From positions 308,999 through 372,998 of the forward strand of contig CP070719.1 of the NCBI GenBank assembly GCA_020350725.1: 64,000 nt of DNA. The letters are read 5' to 3'. Source of the stretch: a bacterium. Its GTDB lineage: Bacteria > BMS3Abin14. How positions within the stretch are numbered: the stretch's first letter is position 1; each line of letters opens with the position of its first letter. The notes under the pieces were generated by a model. The model was not told the origin of the DNA and did not search any database. It saw only the letters and a list, made by a program, of their open reading frames with translations. The position numbers and the translations under genes are program-made. Positions 17,886-27,255 of the stretch are shown here, piece by piece.

Positions 17886-18542
17886 CTAGGTTTCCTCCTG
17901 ACGGAGGGCTCCGTTGATGAACCGCGCCATGCTGCTCACCAGGACCCCCCTCAGGGACTGCAGATTAGCGTCCACGTCATCGTCCTCCGAGGCGATGACG
18001 GCGAACGAGTAGTAGCCGGAAAGAAAACCCGCCACCGCGCAGCCCATGCGGCGCAGAAGGGGTTTGTCGAGACGCTGTTTGACCACTGCGTCCACCAGTG
18101 CCTCGATGGACTCCAGGTATTCGATGAAGGGCAGCTCCAGGCCGGAATAGCCCTCCTTGAGCTTCAGGTCCGCACGGCCCTGATAGTAGAGGACAAACTC
18201 CTCCCATCGTGTGCTGAAGAAATCGATGTGAACCTGGATGATGGATTCCAGCAGGGACGTCAGGTCGTCAGCCCCGGTGCATCGCTTCTCCATGAGCGAG
18301 GTCAGCTCTTCAAGGACCTGCCGGATCAGGTCGGCGATGATCTCGTTCTTGTCGGAAAAGTGGTAGTAGAAGGTTCCCTTCCCCACGTCCGCCCGCTGGG
18401 TGATCTCGTCGATCGTGGTCAGATCGATCCCCTTCTCGGCGAACAGCTCCCTCGCCGCAATGAGGAGCCGGCGGCGGGTGGCACGGACCCTTCTGGTCTG
18501 GCGGGTGGCCTGTTCCCTGCGGACATTATCCACACCGGTCAT
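17886..18542 (-). CDS. TetR/AcrR-family transcriptional regulator
   Basis: HTH RRRLLIAARELFAEKGIDLTTIDEITQRADVGKGTFYYHF. GGGAGG RBS. Confidence 0.85.
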   Translation of the reverse strand: MTGVDNVRREQATRQTRRVRATRRRLLIAARELFAEKGIDLTTIDEITQRADVGKGTFYYHFSDKNEIIADLIRQVLEELTSLMEKRCTGADDLTSLLESIIQVHIDFFSTRWEEFVLYYQGRADLKLKEGYSGLELPFIEYLESIEALVDAVVKQRLDKPLLRRMGCAVAGFLSGYYSFAVIASEDDDVDANLQSLRGVLVSSMARFINGALRQEET

Positions 18543-18565
18543 GATGATTTTTTCCTCCCATTTTT

Positions 18566-18600
18566 TCGACTAGATAGTCAATTTTGACCATTTAGTCAAC
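18566..18600. promoter_or_regulatory. cluster of overlapping inverted repeats (GACTA-N2-TAGTC, GTCAA-N2-TTGAC, TTGAC-N6-GTCAA): TetR operator candidate
   Basis: cGACTAGATAGTCAATTTTGACCATTTAGTCAAc lies directly upstream of the tetR start at 18542. Confidence 0.55.
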
Positions 18601-18773
18601 AAAAAATTGGACCTTCCGGAAGTTTTTTTCCGACGGAAAAACAGGGGCAGTTAGAAACGAAATTTCCCCTTTAATTTAAACAGTTAGAATGGATCCGGTT
18701 TGTGTGATCCGATCGTCCGGCGGCCGGCCGGGTCCTTCCCTTGGGGCTGCCGGAGAAAAGGGGTGGTGCGGTC

Positions 18774-18805
18774 AGAAAAAAAGCCCGGTTCATCTCGAAC
18801 CGGGC
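18774..18805 (-). terminator. rho-independent terminator downstream of pycB
   Basis: On the minus strand GCCCGGTTC-gagat-GAACCGGGC is followed by T7. Confidence 0.7.
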
Positions 18806-18903
18806 CTATCGTTGATTTGGCATTTCTGAAGCCCGTGGACTGTGATCCACTCCATCCACACACTATTACAATAGACTATATCCTTTATTTCTTTACTTTT
18901 CCC

Positions 18904-20928
18904 CTATCCCCCGTCCTCCTCCAGCACGAACAGCAGCTGGTTCTCGATCACCGGTTCGTTCAGGCCGATGCAGATCTCGGCTATCCGACCGTTGATAGGG
19001 GCGGCGATGACGTTTTCCATCTTCATCGCCTCGATGTTGGCGATCTCCTCCCCTTCGTGGACGATGTCTCCCACGGCGATATCACCGCGCTTGGGATTGC
19101 CCATCCGCCACACGGAGCCGGTGATGGGTGAGCCGACCTCGTTGGTGGCCTTGGCCATGCGGATCTCGGCCTTGACCACCCGGGGCGTCTCCACCGTAAA
19201 CACCTTGGCCTGGTTGTTGATCCTCAGGACCACCGGGACGTAGCCGTCGTACTCGTCGCCCACCGAGACCATCTCGACGGTATGGGGCTTGTCTCTCATC
19301 TGAAAGTCCACCTTGTCGCCGGGGCGGGGGAGCCCGGAGTGCCACACGTTGGTGGGCAGGACGATGGAGGATTCCCCGTACTCCTCCCGAAACTCGATCA
19401 TCTCCACCGTGTCCTTGGGGTGCATGAGAAAGAGGATGAACTCCTCCTCGGAGGGATGCCAGCCCAGCTTCGCGGCAAGATCCTCCCTCAGGCCGTCAAG
19501 ATCCTCATCCTCCAGGGCGTCGAGGGGAGAGTCCCCGATCCTCCTGGCCAGATTCTCCTGCCATTGATCTCCGAACGCGCTCTGGTAGACCCAGTCGGCC
19601 GGCCATCCGGCAGGAAGCCTGCCGTACCCTCCCAGGATAAGGTTCTTGAAATCCCCCGGCGCGGTGACGAAGAACTCCATGAGCTCCTCCCTCTCCTCGG
19701 GGGCCAGCCTGTCCAGGTCCTGGTCGACTTCCTCGGTGAACTTCTTCAGGAGGGCGATGAGGCGGTTGACGCCTGTTAAACCGAACTCTTTGGCGTAGCG
19801 GTTCACGGTGCCGCTGCAGGTGACCCAGGTCATCTGGCTGCCGGGGGTGACGTCAAAGTAGTGGACGATTCGGTTGTACAGGGACATCACCTGCAGGATC
19901 TGGGGCATAAGGTGGAGAAAACCGCCCCTCTCGGCCTGCTCGAAGGAACTGGGAAAGGCCCCTCCGGGCATCCTGTGCTGGACGACGTTATGATCGAAGC
20001 CCTTGAAAGGCGACTCGGCCCAGCCGTATTGGCGCACCCAGTCCCGGGCCTTCTGGACGGCGGCCTCCGCCTCAGGGCGGTTCAGGAGCACCGGGATCCC
20101 GGCCTCCTCGAGATAGGCGTGGAGAGAGAGTATAGGAGCCTGACCGTAGAATCGGGTTAAAGAGTCCTCCTGGGCGTCCAGGAGTTTGGCGCCGGCCTGG
20201 GCGGCAGCCAGCAGGGCGGGAAGGGCCAGCCCGTCCGTCGAGTGGCGGTGGTACTGAACCACTGCCTCCGGGTACTTCTGCAGGATGGCGTCAACCAGCT
20301 CCCGGATCCTCTCCGGACTCCCCACTCCCGCCATGTCCTTGATGCAGAGGACGACCTCCTCCACGCCGCCGCACAGGTCAACCATGTCGTCGACGACTCC
20401 GAGGTAATAGTCGTTGGTCGCCCAGTCCGCCTGGGTAAAGGAAACAGCCGGTTCGAACAGGAGGCCTCTTTCCATGACCACCTCGCAGATGGTACGCATA
20501 TTGCGGACGTCGTTGAGAAAGGAGAAGCACCTCCAGACATCGATGTCCACCTTGGACACCACATATTCGATGACGTTCCGGGGGTAGGGCCGGTACCCCC
20601 ACAGGCTGGTCTCGCGGATCAGGGTCTGAAGGAGAACGCTGGGCATTCTCTCACGAAGGATAGCCGTCTCCTCAAAGGGACTCTCCCGGCGGTTGAGGAT
20701 CCCCACGTGCCAGCGTGCCCCTCCGTGGACCTCTGCGGAAAAAAGGTTCATCCGGTCGTAGTGGGGAGCCAGGGTGGCCTGGTCGTGGATCCGGAGCCGG
20801 TTCTTGAAGTCCGACTGGCCGGCGTCCCTCATTCCCGTGGAGGTGATGGCTACCCCCGGCAGGGCTCTTACCTTCCTGATGATCTCCGCAGGGGTCATGC
20901 CTGGTCTGAAAACTGTCCGATCACTCAT
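18904..20928 (-). CDS. pycB: pyruvate carboxylase subunit B (carboxyltransferase + biotinyl carrier domain)
   Basis: TxxRDAGQS N-terminus, HxH metal site region. C-terminal biotinyl domain EAMKMEN. Confidence 0.85.
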   Translation of the reverse strand: MSDRTVFRPGMTPAEIIRKVRALPGVAITSTGMRDAGQSDFKNRLRIHDQATLAPHYDRMNLFSAEVHGGARWHVGILNRRESPFEETAILRERMPSVLLQTLIRETSLWGYRPYPRNVIEYVVSKVDIDVWRCFSFLNDVRNMRTICEVVMERGLLFEPAVSFTQADWATNDYYLGVVDDMVDLCGGVEEVVLCIKDMAGVGSPERIRELVDAILQKYPEAVVQYHRHSTDGLALPALLAAAQAGAKLLDAQEDSLTRFYGQAPILSLHAYLEEAGIPVLLNRPEAEAAVQKARDWVRQYGWAESPFKGFDHNVVQHRMPGGAFPSSFEQAERGGFLHLMPQILQVMSLYNRIVHYFDVTPGSQMTWVTCSGTVNRYAKEFGLTGVNRLIALLKKFTEEVDQDLDRLAPEEREELMEFFVTAPGDFKNLILGGYGRLPAGWPADWVYQSAFGDQWQENLARRIGDSPLDALEDEDLDGLREDLAAKLGWHPSEEEFILFLMHPKDTVEMIEFREEYGESSIVLPTNVWHSGLPRPGDKVDFQMRDKPHTVEMVSVGDEYDGYVPVVLRINNQAKVFTVETPRVVKAEIRMAKATNEVGSPITGSVWRMGNPKRGDIAVGDIVHEGEEIANIEAMKMENVIAAPINGRIAEICIGLNEPVIENQLLFVLEEDGG

Positions 20929-20937
20929 GATATGTCC

Positions 20938-22392
20938 TTATATCCAGGACCGCGGTCCCAGGGCTGAAACCTCCGCCAGGTATTTGGCGATCTTGAGCAG
21001 CTCGTCCTCAGTGCTTGGTTCCCGGAAGGCCTTGACCAGGTCCTGGAGGTTGTCGTCGATGAACCGGGTGGAAAAATCCCCGGCCCGGAAGGCCGGGTGG
21101 CGGATGATGCTCATGAGAAGGGGTTTGAGAGTCTTGACCCCTTCCACCCTCAGGCTGCGTCCCAAAGCCCGGTCCATGACGTTGAGGGCATCCTCGCGGT
21201 TATGGCCGGCGCTCATGATGAGCATGAGCAGGGAGTCGTAATAGGGCGGGACCGAGGCACCGTGGTATACGCCGGTGGCGATCCTCAGGTTGGGCCCGTC
21301 GGGTGTCCGCAGGCGGGTGATCGTGCCGAAGGAGGGTCCGAAGGTCTCCGGATCCTCGGCATTGAGCCTGACCTCCATGGCCCACCGGTTGGGTTTGACG
21401 TCGTCCTGTGAAAACCCCAGGGGTTTGCCCTCGGCCACGTCCAGCATGAGGCCCACCAGATCGTATCCGGTGGTCAGTTCCGTGAGGCCGTGCTCCACCT
21501 GCAGCCTGGTGTTGACCTCAAGGAAATAGTAACTGCCCGCACTCTGGTCGAAGATGAACTCCACAGTCCCCGCGGACTGGTAGTCGATCTCCCTCATCAG
21601 GGCAACCGCCTTGCCGCAGATCTCCTGCCGGAGGTCCTCGCTCAGGGACGGAGAGGGCGATTCCTCGATGACCTTCTGGTTGCGCCTCTGAATGCTGCAT
21701 TCCCTCTCGTAGAGGTGAACGACGTTCCCATGCTGGTCGCCCAGGATCTGGACCTCAATGTGGCGGGCATTCTGGATGAACTTCTCCAGGATGAGCGTGC
21801 CGCTCCCGAAGGCCTTTTCGGCCTCTGAGCTTGCCTGGGACAGAGCCTGTTCGAGATCCTTCGCCCGGTCCACCCGGACGAGGCCCCGCCCCCCTCCACC
21901 CGAGGCGGCCTTGATCATAATGGGGTATTCGATGCCGGCTTTTCTGATCCAGTCCAGGGCTTCTTCTGAGGTGGTGACATTCTCCCTCCCGGGGATAGTG
22001 GGTACGCCTGCTCTCTGGGCCATCTGCCTGGCATGGGCCTTGTCACCCATACTGCGGATCACACCGGGAGGTGGACCCACCCAGATGAGGCCTTCGTCCT
22101 GGACCATCTGGGCGAAATCACCGTTCTCGGCCAGAAATCCCCAGCCGGGATGAATGGCATCGGACCCCGTCTCGAAGGCTGCCCGCAGGACGTTCTCCAT
22201 GTTCAGGTAGGACTCGGCGGGAGGTGCTTCACCGATGTGCACCGCCCTGTCTGCCATGACCACGTGGTGTCCCAGGCGGTCCGGCGTGCTGTAGACAGCG
22301 GTGGTTGGGATCTTCCTGTCGCGGCAGGTATGCATGACCCTGACCGCCGAAACTCCCCGGTTGGCCACTAGAAGCCGTTCGATTTTCTTCAC
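20938..22392 (-). CDS. pycA: pyruvate carboxylase subunit A (biotin carboxylase)
   Basis: ATP-grasp biotin carboxylase motifs (GGGGRG, EVNTRLQVEH). Directly upstream of pycB. Confidence 0.85.
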   Translation of the reverse strand: MKKIERLLVANRGVSAVRVMHTCRDRKIPTTAVYSTPDRLGHHVVMADRAVHIGEAPPAESYLNMENVLRAAFETGSDAIHPGWGFLAENGDFAQMVQDEGLIWVGPPPGVIRSMGDKAHARQMAQRAGVPTIPGRENVTTSEEALDWIRKAGIEYPIMIKAASGGGGRGLVRVDRAKDLEQALSQASSEAEKAFGSGTLILEKFIQNARHIEVQILGDQHGNVVHLYERECSIQRRNQKVIEESPSPSLSEDLRQEICGKAVALMREIDYQSAGTVEFIFDQSAGSYYFLEVNTRLQVEHGLTELTTGYDLVGLMLDVAEGKPLGFSQDDVKPNRWAMEVRLNAEDPETFGPSFGTITRLRTPDGPNLRIATGVYHGASVPPYYDSLLMLIMSAGHNREDALNVMDRALGRSLRVEGVKTLKPLLMSIIRHPAFRAGDFSTRFIDDNLQDLVKAFREPSTEDELLKIAKYLAEVSALGPRSWI

Positions 22393-22771
22393 TTTACAGA
22401 CCTCTCTTCTCCATCATCTGCCGGCCCCATCGCCGTTCGAGTGCCGCCGGAGGTGCAGCACACCCACCGCCCGCGGCGGCTTCCCCCGGAGGGGCAAATG
22501 GACGCTCCGGATAACGTCGGGTGCCGTTCAGGTCCGCGCACTGGGTTTTGTCCTACACCTTTTGTGGCAGGGTGGATCTCATGCGGAGGGTGAAATATTA
22601 ATTGGCCCGACGGAGGAAATCAAGAGGATAAGAAATCGATCTCCGGATTCGAAGGGCGGTCTTGGAGTGTCGATCCCCCGTGGTGCGAACGGCAAAGATG
22701 GTCCGTGTTGGAGGGAGGGCAAGTAGGAGCAGAATCGAGGTCGACACCAAAGTGAGAGACAGGATCGAGGG

Positions 22772-23299
22772 CTAGATTCTGGTCAGGAGGGTTTCGTATT
22801 GAAATTTCCTCCGGTTGAATACGTTTGACCCGTGGATCAGGGTTAATCTTGCCGTGATGCTGTCGAAGTCCTTGTGCTTTTCGGAAAACTCAATTGCGAA
22901 GGGGAGAGTGATATCCTCTATGGTCGCGTGAGGGCCGATGTTCAAAGAACCGTCTGCCCGATCATACAGGGAAGACGGCTGAGTCTGAAGGGATATTTGG
23001 TCCCCTGTTTCCAACCTGATATGATCTAAGGACGCTGGGACGATATTTGCCGTCTTCAGATCAAATTCGTCAATCTCAATTTCGTATCCCCGTATCGAGG
23101 CGTCCGAAAGAGGTTCAGTCTGGATGCTGAACCGGAAGACCAACCAGGTCCTCAGGTACTTTTTCTCCTTCTTCTTAACCCACAGCCTGTTTTTGATCTG
23201 ATGCCCGAAGGCCGGCCGGGACCCGCCGTTTGAAGGGAGAAAATGGAGTTTCGGTTTCCTGAAAACGGCCCGGAGGGGATGGAAATAAGCACGTGCCAT
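22772..23299 (-). CDS. hypothetical protein in a low-GC islet
   Basis: ORF with markedly lower GC (~50%) than its neighbours (~62%). No recognisable motif. An AT-rich promoter region lies upstream (23340-23480). Confidence 0.4.
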   Translation of the reverse strand: MARAYFHPLRAVFRKPKLHFLPSNGGSRPAFGHQIKNRLWVKKKEKKYLRTWLVFRFSIQTEPLSDASIRGYEIEIDEFDLKTANIVPASLDHIRLETGDQISLQTQPSSLYDRADGSLNIGPHATIEDITLPFAIEFSEKHKDFDSITARLTLIHGSNVFNRRKFQYETLLTRI

Positions 23300-23906
23300 A
23301 GGACATCTCCCTGATCCCCTCCCAATGGAATTCAAGGCTAGAAGAATAAAGTCAAAAAATAAACAGGCACCTTACTCAACTAAAATGCTAGTATATATTT
23401 GGGCAGTTGTCAAGTTAAATGTTTACCATAGCAATCAGGTAATTAATCGGTAAGCTTTCGCAATTTCACCTTAAAGTGGGGTATTTTGTCCCTCCTGTAA
23501 CAGGCCGGGTTCCCAATGACCGCCGGCCCGTTTGCAAGCGAACGGGCCGGCAAGGACGAAAAAGGTCATGAGTCGAATTGGGGCGGGAGAATCCGTGACG
23601 GAGCGGAAGTCGAGCCCGAATCCCTTTCCCCGGGAGTCAATGCCTATCAATGATTTAAACCTTATATCAAATCCGGGTGTCTACAGTAGTAAGGGATGGG
23701 GTGCAGGACCATGATTGCCTGCCGGTCATCGAGTACCTGTCCGGCAGGGTGTTGGAGAGGAGGTGATCGATCCCCCAGAATGTGTTCTTCAGGTCTCTGC
23801 CCGCCGGTTGGATTCCGGGGAGCAGTTGACCGACTGTATTGTGCTCTTCGGAAAGCGACACAGTCCGAAAGCGAGGAGCTTGCAGCGAAAGCTGAGGAGG
23901 AAGAAG

Positions 23907-24227
23907 ATGAAGATCACAGTGAGAAAAGACCTGTTCTGGGTCCTGTCCCTTGCCATGGCTTTCCTTCTGATCGCTCCCGCTTCGGTCCTATCTGACGACC
24001 AGGATCAGACACAGGATCGGATACGGGAAGGTCAGTACCAGGAAGAACAGGCCCGGCACCGCTTGATGATCAGGGTCCAACAGGATGCGGAGCTGGGCGT
24101 TACGGAATCGGACACCACGGAACCCGAGCAGAACCGGGAGCAGAACCAGGAGCAAAACCAGGAACAGTCTCAGGAACAGAACCAGGAGGGACCGGGCGGC
24201 GACAGCGGCAATGGCAACGGTAAGTGA
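23907..24227 (+). CDS. small secreted low-complexity protein with EQNQ repeats
   Basis: GAGGAGGAAG RBS, signal-like MKITVRKDLFWVLSLAMAFLLIAPASVLS, then Q/E-rich repeats (EQNREQNQEQNQEQSQEQNQE). Confidence 0.5.
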   Translation: MKITVRKDLFWVLSLAMAFLLIAPASVLSDDQDQTQDRIREGQYQEEQARHRLMIRVQQDAELGVTESDTTEPEQNREQNQEQNQEQSQEQNQEGPGGDSGNGNGK

Positions 24228-24458
24228 GACAAAGGCCGGCTATCGATCCTGAGTTCACGGACAGAGGCGGCACCGGGAGGCGCCGCCTCTGTCATGCAGA
24301 GAGGTTGTTACACGCTGCCGACCGGGCGGAAGGGGCGGCAGTCTGTCATCGGAGCAAGAAAAGGGCTGCAGATTGTGAGGGCAGCCCTCCTTTGAGATGA
24401 ATTCCGGGGGGGAGCACCCGGGATCTCCAGGGCGGGGAGGTCCCAACCACACCCTCTC

Positions 24459-25343
24459 CTAGAAGTGCCAGACGCCCCGAAGATTGAAACGCTCGCCCTC
24501 GGGTCTCCACTTGGCCGAGGACTCGACGTAGGCATTAAAGAAGAAATGCGTATCCTTGTTGGCATGCCAAACGGCACCTGGTCCGATGGCGAAGATCTTC
24601 TCCTTGTCCACGGAACCCAGTCCGACGCCGTTGACCTCCGTGTCGGAGATCTGGTCGAAGAAGTAGCCGTTGACACCGAGGCGCAGCTTGCCGGGGTCCA
24701 CCTCGTAGGCGGCGGTGAAGTTGGCGTGCCAGGCCGTACCGGGCTTGACGCCGGTGTCGTCGTTCTCGTCGTTCCACAGATAGTGGATACGCCAGGACGT
24801 GGTGAACCTCGGCGCGACGAACACAGTGGCCGCCCAGTAGGGGTTGAAGGAGAAGTGATTGCTCCCCGGGTTCAGGTCCCTGTCACTATCGTACTTTCCA
24901 GTGGGCCAGATGGTCTGAAACTCCACCCGGTTGAGCATCTTGGGGCCGTTTGGTCCCATGACCGGCGCCCACTGGATGTAGGGACCGATGAGCAGGTCGC
25001 CGAGGCCGGCACCGTTGTCGGTCAGCGGCGGATTGACATCGAGGGAAACGATGGGCAGGATGACGTTCAGGCCCCACTTGCCCTGGGACTGGTAGATGAA
25101 CTGGTTGAGGCTGACCCAAACATCGACGCCGGGATCGGGAAGGCCCGCGTCGGCGATCTCATCGGCCGTATAGAACTGGATGTACTCGGTGAAATAGTAG
25201 CCGGGACCCGCCGGGGGACCGCCGTCCAGGAAGCTGGTGAAGCCGAGGTTCACTGCCGGCTGGCTCAGGGCAAACGCGGATGAAACCCCCATCACACCTG
25301 TTACGAGAAGACACCCGAGAACAACAGATAGCGATTTGCGCAT
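24459..25343 (-). CDS. outer-membrane beta-barrel protein (MetA-pathway/phenol-degradation-like transporter family)
   Basis: ATG at 25343 with signal peptide MRKSLSVVLGCLLVTGVMGVSSAFA. C-terminal aromatic residue (F). Alternating amphipathic strands. Confidence 0.55.
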   Translation of the reverse strand: MRKSLSVVLGCLLVTGVMGVSSAFALSQPAVNLGFTSFLDGGPPAGPGYYFTEYIQFYTADEIADAGLPDPGVDVWVSLNQFIYQSQGKWGLNVILPIVSLDVNPPLTDNGAGLGDLLIGPYIQWAPVMGPNGPKMLNRVEFQTIWPTGKYDSDRDLNPGSNHFSFNPYWAATVFVAPRFTTSWRIHYLWNDENDDTGVKPGTAWHANFTAAYEVDPGKLRLGVNGYFFDQISDTEVNGVGLGSVDKEKIFAIGPGAVWHANKDTHFFFNAYVESSAKWRPEGERFNLRGVWHF

Positions 25344-25620
25344 CGTGGACCTCCTGTCAGAAAGGTCTGGAGCATGGCCGGACAATAGGGGTCTGATGCC
25401 CCCTCCCCCCGCCGTGCCGGGAATTTTCATCGTTAAAGGAGACTTCTGACGCCCGGCAAAAAAGGTCGCCCATGATGACACGTTTGGCGGCTAAATGGAA
25501 GGCGGATTTCCCCTGTTCGGTCCAGGCTGGCTCCCCTTTTTCCATAGAGAGAGTCCTCCCCGGCGGCACCCGGGGATTGGGGAGCCAGGCTGTCCGTTGG
25601 CCGCTCGGGTGGGCCCATCT

Positions 25621-26616
25621 CTACGTCCCGCCCTCGGAGCCCATCTCCGTGCTCAGAAATGTGGCCAGGTTGACGTCGCTGTTGATGATGCCCAGTTTGC
25701 GTCTGACCCGCTCCCGATGCCTGTTGATGGTGGCCGGGGAGACCCCCCGCAGTTCGGCGATCTCCTTGGTTCTCAGGCCGTTCTTGATCATTGTGCAGAT
25801 CTGGATCTCGGTGGGGGTCAGGGAATGGAAGGTTCCCGACAGACGGCTGACGAAGGGTGATGTGATCTCCTCGAGGTTGTCCCGGAGGAGCTCCACATAC
25901 TTCCTCTGAGGTCTGCCCACGGTCATGTAGAGTTCGTGGAGAATGGGCATGAGCACCTTCTCCACGTTGTCCCGGATGTCACGGTAGATCTCCCTTTTCT
26001 CCTCCTCGATCCTGGCCATGAGGGTCCGCAGGGCCGTATTGGTCTCCTGGAGAGCTTGACGTTCGACCTTGAGCTGCTGATTCATCTCCTGGAGTTCCCG
26101 TTCGGCGTTGATGCGCATGGCGATGGCGCCGATCCGTTCGGCCACCGCGTCGAGCAGCACCCTCTCCTCGTGAAGAAAGGGTCCCTCGTAGGCCGCCGGC
26201 TTCTCCTCGAGGTAGCAGACGGTCACTTCTCCCACCGGTTCCCCGTAGAGATGGATAGGGGATGACTGATGCCAGGCGGTCAGACGGAAACCGGGACTCC
26301 AATACACCCTGTCGAGGAAGGTGATGCGGGCACAGGTGATATCGGGGTACTGCCAGGAGGGCGGGATAATGGTGACCACCACTTCCAGGACATCCTCGAT
26401 AGGGCCGTCGCCGGCTTCGGCCAACTGAGCGATGGCGTAGAGACAGTTCAGTTCCTTGATCCGCTCCTGGAGGGCCCACACCACCCGTGCCGGATCCCTC
26501 TCCTCGCTCGGGGTCAGTCTCCATCTGAAGGGAACGGACGGCTTGACCGTGTTATCGATCTCGGGAAGATCGGCCGGGTCCATGTGCGGCGGTTTCCGTG
26601 GCATGAGGACCTCCAT
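25621..26616 (-). CDS. LuxR-family transcriptional regulator with N-terminal sensory domain
   Basis: C-terminal LuxR HTH LTPTEIQICTMIKNGLRTKEIAELRGVSPATINRHRERVRRKLG. N-terminal domain of ~230 aa with a coiled-coil segment. Confidence 0.75.
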   Translation of the reverse strand: MEVLMPRKPPHMDPADLPEIDNTVKPSVPFRWRLTPSEERDPARVVWALQERIKELNCLYAIAQLAEAGDGPIEDVLEVVVTIIPPSWQYPDITCARITFLDRVYWSPGFRLTAWHQSSPIHLYGEPVGEVTVCYLEEKPAAYEGPFLHEERVLLDAVAERIGAIAMRINAERELQEMNQQLKVERQALQETNTALRTLMARIEEEKREIYRDIRDNVEKVLMPILHELYMTVGRPQRKYVELLRDNLEEITSPFVSRLSGTFHSLTPTEIQICTMIKNGLRTKEIAELRGVSPATINRHRERVRRKLGIINSDVNLATFLSTEMGSEGGT

Positions 26617-26772
26617 CCTTGCCTAATCGATGTAGGTATTTGATAGGCAATAACTTGGCACAAAAAATACCTACATTTTATAGGCACTCTATGTGCATTC
26701 AAACAGTATTTACCTGACAATCATTACCACATTACCCTTAGGGGCATCAACCGTCAATTTTCCGGACAGGAG

Positions 26773-27255
26773 GTGCATATGGCCGGGTCATTCGCTGCCA
26801 TTCTCGAGGGGCGCAGGAGTCAGCCCCATCAGCTGATCGAGGTTCTCCAGGACATCCAGGTGATGCACGGTTACATTTCCCGGGACGCTGTGGATCTCGT
26901 CTCCCGGGAACTGGGGGTGCCGATAATGGAGGTCTACCGCGTCGCGAACTTCTACAAGGCCTTCTTTCTTGAACCCAGGGGCAAGCATGTCGTCACCCTC
27001 TGCCGCGGGACGGCATGCCACGTCAGGGGGGCCAATCCCCTTCTCGAGCAGGCCCTCGGGCTCCTCGGTGTGGAGGACGGGGAGACGACCGAGGACGGCC
27101 TCTTCACCGTGGAGAGTGTGAACTGCATCGGAGCCTGCGCCCTCGCTCCGGTGGTCATCCTCGACGGGGTCTACTATCCCCACATGACACCCGGCAAGCT
27201 GCGGGCTCTTATCAGCGGGGTGAGGCGGAAAGAGGAGGGACCTGGACATGCCTAG
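26773..27255 (+). CDS. NuoE/HoxE-like [2Fe-2S] thioredoxin-like ferredoxin subunit
   Basis: CRGTACHVRG ... CIGACALAP motifs. GGAGG RBS. Confidence 0.8.
   Translation: MHMAGSFAAILEGRRSQPHQLIEVLQDIQVMHGYISRDAVDLVSRELGVPIMEVYRVANFYKAFFLEPRGKHVVTLCRGTACHVRGANPLLEQALGLLGVEDGETTEDGLFTVESVNCIGACALAPVVILDGVYYPHMTPGKLRALISGVRRKEEGPGHA

Noticed and set aside
26668-26690. Sigma-54 promoter (TGGCAC-N5-TTGC) in the LuxR/hoxE intergenic region
   Set aside because: TGGCAC is present but the -12 element reads ATACC rather than TTGC(A/T). Not a convincing match.
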